Assembly (NCBI GenBank): GCA_963755125.1
Contig: CAVWIP010000005.1
Coordinates: 26,228 to 90,227, forward strand
Source of the DNA: an uncultured delta proteobacterium
GTDB lineage: Bacteria > Myxococcota_A > Polyangia > Fen-1088
Reading direction: 5' to 3'
Length of the DNA: 64,000 nt
The translations under genes and the position numbers were made by a program. Below are positions 9,523 through 18,623 of the stretch, piece by piece (position 1 is the first letter of the stretch; each line of letters begins with the position of its first letter). The notes under the pieces are model-generated. The model was not told where the DNA came from. It did no database searches and saw only the letters and a list, made by a program, of their open reading frames with translations.

Positions 9523-10992
9523 TTAGAACCTCCCCGCAGCGGCGAGCCCAGCGCCGTCCGGCAATCCGAAGGGTACAAGGCTGAGTCGCTTCGGCTCGGG
9601 CCCAGCCAAGTTGACGTTCTTAACCGTGGCGGTGCTGGGCGGTCCCGATTCGAGGAAATTCCACAGCGACAGAAGCCCGGTGACCACCCCCACCCCCAAC
9701 GCCACATCGGCGCCGACGTAGTACCACTCGCCGGTGCGCTTGCGCGAATCCTTGTTGTTGATGAGTTTGGCGGGGTTCGCGATGTCATTGTTGATCTGGT
9801 CCTTGATGTCCAGGCCCTTCACGCCAAGGTAGATGCCGGTGCCGAACGAAAGGGCCGAGAGCACGGCGTAGGTCCAAGCCTTTGTCCTGGGCGGCTTGGG
9901 CGAGAACTGCATATCCAGGGTCGTTTCATCCGCACGGTTGGCCACCAGATTGCCGGCGTACGGCTCCGTCCCTTCCTTCTGAACCGCGAGATGATGTTCG
10001 CCGGGCTTGAGCTGATGCTCGCAGGGCATGGTGCAGGCGAGGGCTCCGTCCACCATGAGTCGCGCACCTTGGCTCTGCGGACCGCCGGCCCTGAGCACGG
10101 CGTAGTCCACCTTGTCCAAGTTAATCGTGTGCGTGGTCGCGGTTCCTGGGGCGACGGTTATTTCCTGCTGGCTCGTCTGGTAGCCAGGCCTCGCCACCCA
10201 CAGGACGTGCTTGCCCGGCTTCAGGTGTCCCGTGTACGGCGTCTTGCCGATGGCGCCGATGTCCTGACGATCAATGAACACGTCAGCGCCCGGCACGTTG
10301 GCGATAACCTCGATCCACCCCAGGAAGTTCTGTTCCGATAACGCGATGTAGATCTCCACCACTTTGTCGGTGCGTGGTGTAATTTCTCGTTCTTCCGACT
10401 TGAAACCCTGGGCTTCGAAGATCAGCTTCACCGGCTTCGGCTCCAGCGAGCCCTGCCACGGGGTGGTGGCGAACGTCCCCTTGGACTTGTCATCGAGGAA
10501 GATGCTGGCGCCGGTCGGCTTGGACTCGATGATCACCAAACCCTTGGTGGCGATGGTGGGCAGCACCGCCGCGGGCGCGGGTGCTTTGTCGGTCTTCTTC
10601 GCCGCCGGGGGTGGCGGCGCTAGCAGCGCCTTCAGGCTGTCGATGCGTGTCTTGACATCGGCGGCATCGCGGGCTTGCGGATCCTTGTCGAGGTAGCGCT
10701 GGAACAAGTCAACCGCGCGGTCCAGCTTCTTCGCCTTCTCGAACGCCACCGCAGCGTTGAAGAGGAACGAACTGAACGGCTTCTTGTCGTAGGCCGACAT
10801 GAACTTCTCCGCAGCGTCGTCCCACTGCTCCTTCAGGTAAAGCGTCTGGGCTTCCTCGAATTGGGCCTTGGCTGCCTGCAGATCGGCGTCGCCTGCAGCC
10901 TGTTCCTGTGCCCGCGCCACGGGTTCCGGAGCACCCGCCACAGCACCCAGGCAGAAGGCCATGGATAGGGCTAGTTTCAGCAAGCGTTTCAT
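9523..10992 (-). CDS. TPR + PEGA domain protein with C-terminal hydrophobic segments
   Basis: From ATG 10992: signal peptide MKRLLKLALSMAFCLGAVAG, TPR-like helices (FLFNAAVAFEKAKKLDRAVDLFQRYL), three PEGA-like repeats (IESKPTGASIFLD; ANVPGADVFID..IGKTP..LKPGKH; GARLMVDG..LKPGEH), ends GLAAAGRF. Confidence 0.85.
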   Translation of the reverse strand: MKRLLKLALSMAFCLGAVAGAPEPVARAQEQAAGDADLQAAKAQFEEAQTLYLKEQWDDAAEKFMSAYDKKPFSSFLFNAAVAFEKAKKLDRAVDLFQRYLDKDPQARDAADVKTRIDSLKALLAPPPPAAKKTDKAPAPAAVLPTIATKGLVIIESKPTGASIFLDDKSKGTFATTPWQGSLEPKPVKLIFEAQGFKSEEREITPRTDKVVEIYIALSEQNFLGWIEVIANVPGADVFIDRQDIGAIGKTPYTGHLKPGKHVLWVARPGYQTSQQEITVAPGTATTHTINLDKVDYAVLRAGGPQSQGARLMVDGALACTMPCEHQLKPGEHHLAVQKEGTEPYAGNLVANRADETTLDMQFSPKPPRTKAWTYAVLSALSFGTGIYLGVKGLDIKDQINNDIANPAKLINNKDSRKRTGEWYYVGADVALGVGVVTGLLSLWNFLESGPPSTATVKNVNLAGPEPKRLSLVPFGLPDGAGLAAAGRF

Positions 10993-11143
10993 GATCATCC
11001 ATGATTGCGCCATTCGCCATGGACGATCAAGATCGAAGGGAAATATCGCGCTCGTCCGATTGGGGCCGGGGCTTGTTAACCCGCAAGTCTCCTCTCCATT
11101 ATGCGTGCGCTCCGCGCGGGCTGTGGTCAAATAGCCGTCGCAC

Positions 11144-12211
11144 ATGCCCCGCTCTGCCCCCACTGACATCGCGCGACGAAAGGCCGACCACCTGCACATC
11201 GCAGCTTCAGGCGCGGGTCGCTTCGCGCGCTCGACTCTGCTGGAATGCGTGCATCTCGTGCACGCCGCGCTGCCCGAGTTGGCTCTCGACGAGATCGATC
11301 TCTCGACCACCTTGCTCGGCCGCCGGCTGGCTGCCCCGCTCATGATCGCGGGTATGACCGGCGGTACCAAGGAAGGCGCGACCATCAACCGGATGCTGGC
11401 CGCCACCGCCGAGAAACTCGGTATCGCGTTCGGGCTGGGCAGCCTGCGCCCCATGCTGGACCGGCCGGCGCTCGCCTCCACCTTTGAGGTGCGCGAGGTC
11501 GCGCCCTCGGTCTTTCTCTTCGCCAATCTGGGTCTGGCGCAACTCCGCCAGATCAAAACCGGCGAGGTGGTCGACGCCATGGATCGCGTGGGAGCAGACG
11601 CGCTTTGCATTCATCTCAATGCCGGACAGGAACTGGCCCAGCCAGGCGGCGATTGCGACTTCCGCGGTGGCCTCGCCACGATTCGCCGGTTGTGCGCCCA
11701 ACTGGGGCGGCCCTTGCTGGTCAAGGAAACCGGCTGCGGCATCTCGCCGTCGGCGGCACGCGCCCTGCAAGACGTTGGAGCAGCCGCCATTGACGTGTCC
11801 GGCGCAGGCGGCACCTCGTGGATCGCCATCGAGTCCTTGCGCGCGCGCGGCGAGCAAGCGGCGCGCGGCCGCGAGCTGCGTGAATGGGGCATTCCCACCG
11901 CGGCTTGCGTGGGCTGGCTGGCTTCATCGGGTCTGCGGGCAGAAATCGTCGCTTCGGGTGGCGTGCGCACCGGCCTCGACGCCGCACGGGCGCTGGCCCT
12001 CGGTGCGCGGGTGGTGGCACTGGCCCAGCCGGCACTGATCGCAGCTTGCAAGGGCGGTGAGCAAGGCGCAACCGCCTATCTGTCGGGAGTCATCGACGGC
12101 CTGCGCCGGGTCTGTCTGCTTTCGGGCCAGCGCAGCATCGCTGACCTTGCCCGCGCTCCTCGCGTGATCACCGGCGAGCTCGCGTCGTGGCTCGCGCAAA
12201 GGCCGGCATGA
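11144..12211 (+). CDS. fni: Type 2 (FMN-dependent) isopentenyl-diphosphate delta-isomerase
   Basis: [46 protein letters not shown]. Confidence 0.95.
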   Translation: MPRSAPTDIARRKADHLHIAASGAGRFARSTLLECVHLVHAALPELALDEIDLSTTLLGRRLAAPLMIAGMTGGTKEGATINRMLAATAEKLGIAFGLGSLRPMLDRPALASTFEVREVAPSVFLFANLGLAQLRQIKTGEVVDAMDRVGADALCIHLNAGQELAQPGGDCDFRGGLATIRRLCAQLGRPLLVKETGCGISPSAARALQDVGAAAIDVSGAGGTSWIAIESLRARGEQAARGRELREWGIPTAACVGWLASSGLRAEIVASGGVRTGLDAARALALGARVVALAQPALIAACKGGEQGATAYLSGVIDGLRRVCLLSGQRSIADLARAPRVITGELASWLAQRPA

Positions 12212-13110
12212 CGGAGGACTCGACCACCGGCTTCGGTTACGGCAAGGTCATCCTGCTGGGCGAGCACGCGGTCGTGTACGGCCAGCCGGCGGTGGCAGCG
12301 GGTATGCCGGTTGGCGTGCGCGCCCACGCCAGCGCGGGAACAGGCGAGGTGCGCGCCCCAGCCTGGCAACTCGAGGTGCAAGTGGGCGACGACTCGCCCG
12401 TGAGCGCCGCGATCGATCGACTGTGCCAACGACTGGGCGTGGCCGGCCGCAGCCTCGATTTCTGGCTGGAAGCCGAGGTGCCGGCGCGGGCCGGTCTGGG
12501 GAGCTCGGCAGCCATGGCGGTGGCGATCGCGCGCGCGGTGGCTGCCCGCACCGGCGCGAGCGATGATGACGTACTGGCCGCCGCGGCCGCAGCCGAAACC
12601 GTCTTCCACGAGACGCCCTCGGGAATCGACGCCGCCGTCGCCAGCCGCGGTGGCGTCGGTCGTTTCGACCGGGCCGCAGGCTGGCAGGCCATTCCGGTCA
12701 ACCGGCCCATCGAGCTGTGCGTGGGCTTGTCAGGGCAGGCGCGGCAGACCAGCGATCTTGTCCGATCGGTGGCGGAGCTAAGCGAGCGCGCGCCCGTCGC
12801 GCGCCGTCTCATCGACGCCCTCGGCGATCTCGCACGCGCTGGCATGGAGGCCCTGGCCAACGGCGACACCGAAGCGCTCGGGCATGATCTCAATATGGCG
12901 CATGGACTGCTGTCCGGGCTGGGCGTGTCCACCCCCAAGCTGGACGCCATGGTTCGCGAGGCGCGCACAGCCGGCGCTCTGGGCGCCAAGCTGACCGGCG
13001 CAGGCGGAGGCGGCGCGGTGATCGCCCTGGCGCCCGATCGCGCCGAAGACGTGCTGAAACGCTGGCGCAGCATGGGCCGCTATGGCTTCCTTACCCTGGT
13101 AGGCACATGA
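12208..13110 (+). CDS. mvk: Mevalonate kinase
   Basis: [18 protein letters not shown] motif [31 protein letters not shown] overlap with fni. Confidence 0.93.
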   Translation: MTEDSTTGFGYGKVILLGEHAVVYGQPAVAAGMPVGVRAHASAGTGEVRAPAWQLEVQVGDDSPVSAAIDRLCQRLGVAGRSLDFWLEAEVPARAGLGSSAAMAVAIARAVAARTGASDDDVLAAAAAAETVFHETPSGIDAAVASRGGVGRFDRAAGWQAIPVNRPIELCVGLSGQARQTSDLVRSVAELSERAPVARRLIDALGDLARAGMEALANGDTEALGHDLNMAHGLLSGLGVSTPKLDAMVREARTAGALGAKLTGAGGGGAVIALAPDRAEDVLKRWRSMGRYGFLTLVGT

Positions 13111-14114
13111 GTAGTTCCAATCTTCCTCTTTCGGTCACGGCACGGGCCGGAACCAACATCGCGCTGGTCAAGTACTGGGGCAAACGCGATCCGACCTTGA
13201 ACCTGCCTGCTGCGGGCAGCCTGTCGCTGACCCTGGCAAATTTCGGTAGCGAGACCGCGGTTCGTTTCGTTGCCGAGGGCGGCGACAATATCACTGTGGA
13301 CGGTGCGCCCGCACCTCCGCACTTCGCCGAGCGCGTGCGCCGCTTCCTCGATCTGGTTCGCCGGGAAGCGCGGATCGCCCTGCCCGCCGAGGTTTCCACC
13401 CGCAACAGCGTGCCCACGGCCGCAGGGCTGGCCTCCTCGGCTTCCGGCTTCGCGGCTCTGGCGCTGGCCGTTTCGCGAGCCGCGGGCATGAATTTGGCCC
13501 TGCCCGAACTGTCTGCCCTCGCTCGCCGCGGATCGGGTTCAGCCGCGCGTTCGATCTTTGGCGGGTTCGTCGAGATGGCCGCGGGCGAGCGCCGTGACGG
13601 CAGCGATGCCTGCGCCACGGGCCTGCTGCCCGCCGCCGCCTGGGACGTGCGGCTGGTGGTGGCCATCACCGCCGAGGGGCCCAAGGCCATTGGATCGACC
13701 GAGGCCATGGACTTGACCGCGAGGACTTCGCCCTACTACGCCGGATGGCTGCAAGCGGTGCCGCGCGATCTGGCAGCAGCCCGCGCCGCCGTGCTGGCGC
13801 AGGATCTGACGGGACTGGGCCGCGTGGCCGAGCGCAGCGCCGTGCGGATGCACGCCTGTGCCATGGCGGCAGACCCACCTATTCTGTACTGGAACGGCGC
13901 TACGCTGGCCGCGATGGAGACCGTGCGGCGCCTGCGCGCTGCTGGAACCGAGGCGTTCTTCACCATCGACGCCGGGCCGCACGTCAAGGTTCTGTGCGCA
14001 GCTCGCGACGCCTCGCTGGTGGAGCCCGCGCTGGCAGCGACGCCCGGGGTTCTGCGCACCCTGGTGCTGACGCCTGGACCGGGCGCCCAGATCGTGCGCG
14101 AGGAGCGACGATGA
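13107..14114 (+). CDS. mvaD: Diphosphomevalonate decarboxylase
   Basis: NIALVKYWGKRD, PTAAGLASSASG, ARRGSGSAARS, FTIDAGPHVK; ATGA overlap. Confidence 0.96.
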   Translation: MSSSNLPLSVTARAGTNIALVKYWGKRDPTLNLPAAGSLSLTLANFGSETAVRFVAEGGDNITVDGAPAPPHFAERVRRFLDLVRREARIALPAEVSTRNSVPTAAGLASSASGFAALALAVSRAAGMNLALPELSALARRGSGSAARSIFGGFVEMAAGERRDGSDACATGLLPAAAWDVRLVVAITAEGPKAIGSTEAMDLTARTSPYYAGWLQAVPRDLAAARAAVLAQDLTGLGRVAERSAVRMHACAMAADPPILYWNGATLAAMETVRRLRAAGTEAFFTIDAGPHVKVLCAARDASLVEPALAATPGVLRTLVLTPGPGAQIVREERR

Positions 14115-15127
14115 GCGGCTCACGCACCACCCTGGTGGGCACGCCAGTGGTCGCGGCCCCCGGCAAGATCTTCCTGGTGGGCGAGTACGCCGTCCTCGAC
14201 GGCGGCGTGGCCGTGCTGGCCGCGGTGTCACGCCACGCGGTCGCGCAGTACGTGCCCGGGGGCGTCCCACAGTCAGCCGTGGTCGAAGAAGCGGTGAAGC
14301 GTTCATTGACCGCGATCGGCGAAGCCTCGGCCGCGTTGCCACCGGGTTCCGTCATGGTGGACACGGACGCCTTCTGCCAGGGCAAGTTCAAGCTGGGGCT
14401 TGGCTCTAGTGCTGCCACCGCGGCGGCCACCGTGGGTGCCATGTTCGAGACCGCTGGCCTGTCCATCGAAGGCATGCAACACGAGGTGTTCTCGATCGCC
14501 GAAGCGGCCCACCAAGCGGCCCAGGGCGGCGTGGGCTCGGGTGCCGACGTGGCCGCCGCCGTCTATGGCGGCTTCATCAAGTTCGTGCGACCCGCCGAGG
14601 GGCCGCCGGTCGTGGAACCGATCGCCGTGCCGGCCAGCTTGCACTTGGTCGTGTTCTGGACAGGAGAGTCCGCTGACACACGCGAGATGGTGCAATCGGT
14701 GCGGGCTTACGCCAAGATGGCACCGTCGTCCTACCGCATGCTGATGGGCTCGCTCCGCACCACCGCCGAGCGTTTCGTGAACGAGTTGGCCGCAGGTCGC
14801 GCCACCGGCGCCGTGGTGGCCGCGGGCCGCTATGGCCGGCAACTGGCCGAGCTGGGCAAGGCCGCGGGCTCGAAGATCGTCACACCGATCTTCGAGCAGG
14901 CGGCTGCCCTGGCCCGTGAATTGGGCGGCGATGCCAAACCGTCAGGAGCTGGCGGTGGCGACGTCGGCGTGGCTTTCTTCGCCACACCCGAGGCTGCCGC
15001 GCTGTTCGCGCGCGCGTGCCAGCCCACGCTTTCGGTGCTAGACGTTTCTCTCGCCCGCGCCGGAGTCTATCGCCGCTCAGCGGAAGAACCGCCGGTCGAG
15101 GCACGAGATCCCTTTCATGTCGGATAG
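14111..15127 (+). CDS. Phosphomevalonate kinase (GHMP family)
   Basis: From ATG 14111: APGKIFLVGEYAVL, KLGLGSSAA, GSGADVAAAVYGG, KPSGAGGGD; position within the mevalonate operon. Confidence 0.88.
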   Translation: MSGSRTTLVGTPVVAAPGKIFLVGEYAVLDGGVAVLAAVSRHAVAQYVPGGVPQSAVVEEAVKRSLTAIGEASAALPPGSVMVDTDAFCQGKFKLGLGSSAATAAATVGAMFETAGLSIEGMQHEVFSIAEAAHQAAQGGVGSGADVAAAVYGGFIKFVRPAEGPPVVEPIAVPASLHLVVFWTGESADTREMVQSVRAYAKMAPSSYRMLMGSLRTTAERFVNELAAGRATGAVVAAGRYGRQLAELGKAAGSKIVTPIFEQAAALARELGGDAKPSGAGGGDVGVAFFATPEAAALFARACQPTLSVLDVSLARAGVYRRSAEEPPVEARDPFHVG

Positions 15128-16322
15128 CAACTCACGCATTCCCGAGTTCCGGCGCCTGTCGCTGGCCGATCGGCGCCGCGAGTTGGCGGTGCATGCGGGC
15201 CTGAACAGCGACGACCTGGCGGTGCTGGACACCGGCGGCCTCGCTGCGGCAGACGCGGGCCGCATGATCGAGAATGTCGCGGGTATCTATGCCCTGCCCT
15301 TGGGCGTGGCGCTCAATTTCCAGGTCAACCAGCGCGACTATCTGGTTCCCATGGCGGTGGAGGAGCCGTCGGTCGTCGCGGCTGCCTCCTACGCAGCCCG
15401 CATGGTGCGCGCGGGTGGCGGTTTCTCTGCCACAGCCGACCCGCCGATCATGATCGCCCAGATCGAACTACGCGATGTCGGCGATCCGCCCGCGGCACGC
15501 GCTCGTATCGAGGCCGCCCGTGCCGAGATCCTCGCTCTGGCCAACAGCTCCCAAACCGTTTTGGTCTCTGTCGGTGGTGGCGCCTGCGATCTGCAAGTGC
15601 GACACGTCACCGGCTCGACGCAGAGCCGACTGGTGGTTCACCTGCACGTGAACTGTCGCGACGCCATGGGCGCCAACTCGGTCAATACCATGGCCGAAAC
15701 CGTGGCTCCTCGTCTGGCCGAACTTGCTCGCGGCCGGGTCGGTCTGCGCATTCTCTCCAATCTGGCAGACCGGCGCCTGGTGCGCGTGAGCGCCCGTGTG
15801 CCATTTGCGGCGCTGGCTTCCGACAAGGGAAGCGCCAGCGGCGAGCAAGTGGCTGACGGCATCGCCGCAGCCTCGCGTTTCGCCGAGGATGACCCCTATC
15901 GCGCGGCCACTCACAACAAGGGCATCATGAACGGCGTGGATGCGGTTGTCATGGCGACCGGCAATGACTGGCGCAGCGTGGAGGCGGGCGCGCACTCCTA
16001 TGCCGCGCGCGACGGCCGCTATCGGCCGCTCAGCACCTGGAAGGTCGAGGGCGATGCTCTGGTGGGACGGCTGGAGATGCCCATGGCAGTGGGCACGGTC
16101 GGCGGAACCTTGCAAGTGCACCCAGGAGCGCGTCTCGCTCTGCGCATCTTGCGCGTCTCTTCTTCCGAGGAACTGGGCATGGTGATCGGCGCCGCCGGCC
16201 TGGGACAGAACATGGCCGCCCTGCGCGCGCTGGCCACCGAAGGCATTCAGCGCGGTCACATGAGCCTGCACAGGCGAGCGGTGGGCGCCCCGCCGCCCGA
16301 ACCGAAGGGAGCGCGGTCGTGA
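15117..16322 (+). CDS. mvaA: Hydroxymethylglutaryl-CoA reductase, class II
   Basis: MIENVAG, PMAVEEPSVVAAAS, DAMGAN, THNKGIMNG, GNDWRSVEAG, GIQRGHMSLH (catalytic His). Confidence 0.95.
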   Translation: MSDSNSRIPEFRRLSLADRRRELAVHAGLNSDDLAVLDTGGLAAADAGRMIENVAGIYALPLGVALNFQVNQRDYLVPMAVEEPSVVAAASYAARMVRAGGGFSATADPPIMIAQIELRDVGDPPAARARIEAARAEILALANSSQTVLVSVGGGACDLQVRHVTGSTQSRLVVHLHVNCRDAMGANSVNTMAETVAPRLAELARGRVGLRILSNLADRRLVRVSARVPFAALASDKGSASGEQVADGIAAASRFAEDDPYRAATHNKGIMNGVDAVVMATGNDWRSVEAGAHSYAARDGRYRPLSTWKVEGDALVGRLEMPMAVGTVGGTLQVHPGARLALRILRVSSSEELGMVIGAAGLGQNMAALRALATEGIQRGHMSLHRRAVGAPPPEPKGARS

Positions 16323-17323
16323 TCCGGTCGATCTTGCGCAGCGGACGCCGGCGTTTTGCCGGCAGGGCTGGTGGTGATCCAGACGCTCCCAGCGCGGCCG
16401 GTATTCCCCTGCCCTGGTTGGACCCGCCACCCGGACCCTGGCCGGTGGAGCGCGCCTACCGCTACTGCGAGGATTTCGCGCGCGCCCACCACGAAAATTT
16501 CCCGGTGGCTTCCCGCTTCGTGCCGTCGGCACTGCGGCCCCACTTGGTCGCGCTCTACGCCTTCGCCCGCGCGGCCGACGACTTTGCCGACGAGCCCCAA
16601 TACGACGGCCACCGCAGCCAAGCCCTGGATGCGTGGCAAGAGGAACTGCACCGGTGTTTCCACGGCGAGCCTCGCCATCCGGTGTTCGTGGCCCTGCACG
16701 ACACCATCGACAAGCGCGGCCTGACCCTGCCACCCTTCGAGGATCTGCTGTCGGCTTTTCGAGCCGATCTCGAGGTCACGCGCTATGCGACCTTCACCTC
16801 CCTGCGTGCCTACACCGCCCGTTCGGCCGAGCCGGTAGGGCGGCTACTGTTGGGGCTGTTCGGCTACCGCGATCCCGAACTGGTCCGTTTCGCCGACGAG
16901 ATCTCGACCGCGGTCCAGTTGACCAACTACTGGCAGGACGTGGCCTCCGACGCCGCCCGCGATCACATCTACATTCCTGGCGAGGATCTGCACTTCTTCG
17001 GCGTGAGCGAGGCTGACCTCAAGTCTCTGCGGCTCGCCACGCCCGTCCGCGATCTAATGCGTTTCGAGGTGGCGCGCACCCGCGCCTTGTTTGAACGCGG
17101 CCGCCCGCTGCTCGGCAAGCTGGGGCATGACCTCAAATTCGAGCTGGCCCTCATCTGGCTGGCGGGCATGGCTATCCTCGACAAAATCGAGGAGGCCGAC
17201 TTCGACGTGTTCACCCGTCGCCCGATCATCGGCAAGCGCGACAAGGCCAAGATCCTGGCCCGCGCCGCCAAGCGCTGGGCCGCCCGCCTCGACGTGTCGG
17301 CTCTGCGGCGGTTGTGGCCTTGA
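16319..17323 (+). CDS. hpnC: Squalene/phytoene synthase family protein, HpnC type (hydroxysqualene synthase)
   Basis: HHENFPVAS, YAFARAADDFADE, SAEPVGRL, QLTNYWQDVASD..RDHIYIP; GTGA overlap with mvaA. Confidence 0.85.
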   Translation: MIRSILRSGRRRFAGRAGGDPDAPSAAGIPLPWLDPPPGPWPVERAYRYCEDFARAHHENFPVASRFVPSALRPHLVALYAFARAADDFADEPQYDGHRSQALDAWQEELHRCFHGEPRHPVFVALHDTIDKRGLTLPPFEDLLSAFRADLEVTRYATFTSLRAYTARSAEPVGRLLLGLFGYRDPELVRFADEISTAVQLTNYWQDVASDAARDHIYIPGEDLHFFGVSEADLKSLRLATPVRDLMRFEVARTRALFERGRPLLGKLGHDLKFELALIWLAGMAILDKIEEADFDVFTRRPIIGKRDKAKILARAAKRWAARLDVSALRRLWP

Positions 17324-18543
17324 CCGCTCAGCCCCACGATCCCTATCGAGCGCTTCGCCACCGCGAGTACCGCTGGTTTCTCCTCGGCTCCGCGCCGCTG
17401 TTCATGGCCGCGCAGATCCAGAGCCTGGTCATGGGCTGGCAGGTCTATGCGATGACCCATGATCCATTGTCACTGGGACTCATTGGTCTGGCAGAAGCCT
17501 TGCCCTTCTTGGGCCTGTCGCTCTTCGGTGGGTGGGCCGCGGATCGCTGGGAGCGCCGCAATCTGTCGTTGCTTTCCATGTCCGTCCTGCTGGTCGGCGC
17601 GACCATCTTGCTGGCGCTCAACCTTGGTCCGTTGCCGCGCACCACCTGGCCATTCTATCTGGTGCAGGGGCTGGCCGGCCTTGGACGTGCCTTCTACCGG
17701 CCAGCCTACAATGCCCTAGGCACCGAACTCATCCCGCGCGAGGCCTATCAGAACGCGGCCACCTGGCGCAGCTCGGTCTTCTTCTCGGCCACGGTGATCG
17801 GGCCTGCGTTGGGCGGCCTGCTCTACGGTTTCGCAGGCCCGCTCTGCGCCTACGGCACCGAATCTGCATTCATCGGGTTCAGCCTCTTCGCGCTGGGCCG
17901 CGTACGGCGACGGCCCCGTCCGCTGGCTCCCGAGACGCCACTGGCCCGCAGCTTGGTCGAAGGCGTCAGGTTCGTGTTCTCGCATCGCCTGATCCTTTCG
18001 ACCCTGTCACTCGATCTATTCGCCGTGCTCTTTGGCGGTGCTGTCGCACTCTTGCCCGCATTTGCCAGCGACGTCCTGCACCTGGGACCACGCGGGCTCG
18101 GTCTGCTACGCGCCGCGCCCGCGGTGGGAGGGGTCCTGATGTCTATCGTGCTGGCCCACTGGCCCCAGTCGCGAAGCACCGGCAAGACGCTGCTGTATTG
18201 CGTGGCCGCGTTCGGCCTGACCTGGATCGGTTTTGCCTGGTCAACCAGCTTCCTGCTGTCCTGGCTGTTGCTAGCCACTGGGGGCGCTTTCGACAACGTC
18301 AGCGTGGTCCTGCGCGCCACGCTGGTACAGATGAAGACGCCACCGGAGATGATGGGGCGGGTGCAGGCCATCAACGGTTTCTTCATCGGCAGCAGCAACG
18401 AACTGGGCGCCTTCGAGTCGGGGGTGGCAGCACGCCTGTTCGGCCTTGTACCGAGTGTGATCTTCGGCGCCTGCATCACCCTGCTGGTGGTCGCGGTCAC
18501 CGCCTGGCGGGTTCCCGAGTTGCGCAAGCTCAGTCGGCTGTGA
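17320..18543 (+). CDS. MFS transporter (about 12 TM; EntS/MFS_3-like)
   Basis: Hydrophobic helices, GGWAADRWERR, LDLFAVLFGGAVALLP, GRVQAIN..FIGSSNELG; TTG start overlapping the hpnC stop (GTG 17314 is an alternative start). Confidence 0.9.
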   Translation: MTAQPHDPYRALRHREYRWFLLGSAPLFMAAQIQSLVMGWQVYAMTHDPLSLGLIGLAEALPFLGLSLFGGWAADRWERRNLSLLSMSVLLVGATILLALNLGPLPRTTWPFYLVQGLAGLGRAFYRPAYNALGTELIPREAYQNAATWRSSVFFSATVIGPALGGLLYGFAGPLCAYGTESAFIGFSLFALGRVRRRPRPLAPETPLARSLVEGVRFVFSHRLILSTLSLDLFAVLFGGAVALLPAFASDVLHLGPRGLGLLRAAPAVGGVLMSIVLAHWPQSRSTGKTLLYCVAAFGLTWIGFAWSTSFLLSWLLLATGGAFDNVSVVLRATLVQMKTPPEMMGRVQAINGFFIGSSNELGAFESGVAARLFGLVPSVIFGACITLLVVAVTAWRVPELRKLSRL

Positions 18544-18623
18544 CCCGCCCGAACAGAGCCGCCACAGCGGGCGGACGCGCCGGATTCCTGCGCGAAATCT
18601 GCGCGCGGGTTACACTGCCCGCT

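Noticed and set aside
17532..18539. N-terminal half of the 730-aa ORF 17532..19724
   Set aside because: Out-of-frame overlap with the MFS gene and Arg/Gly-rich nonsense composition.
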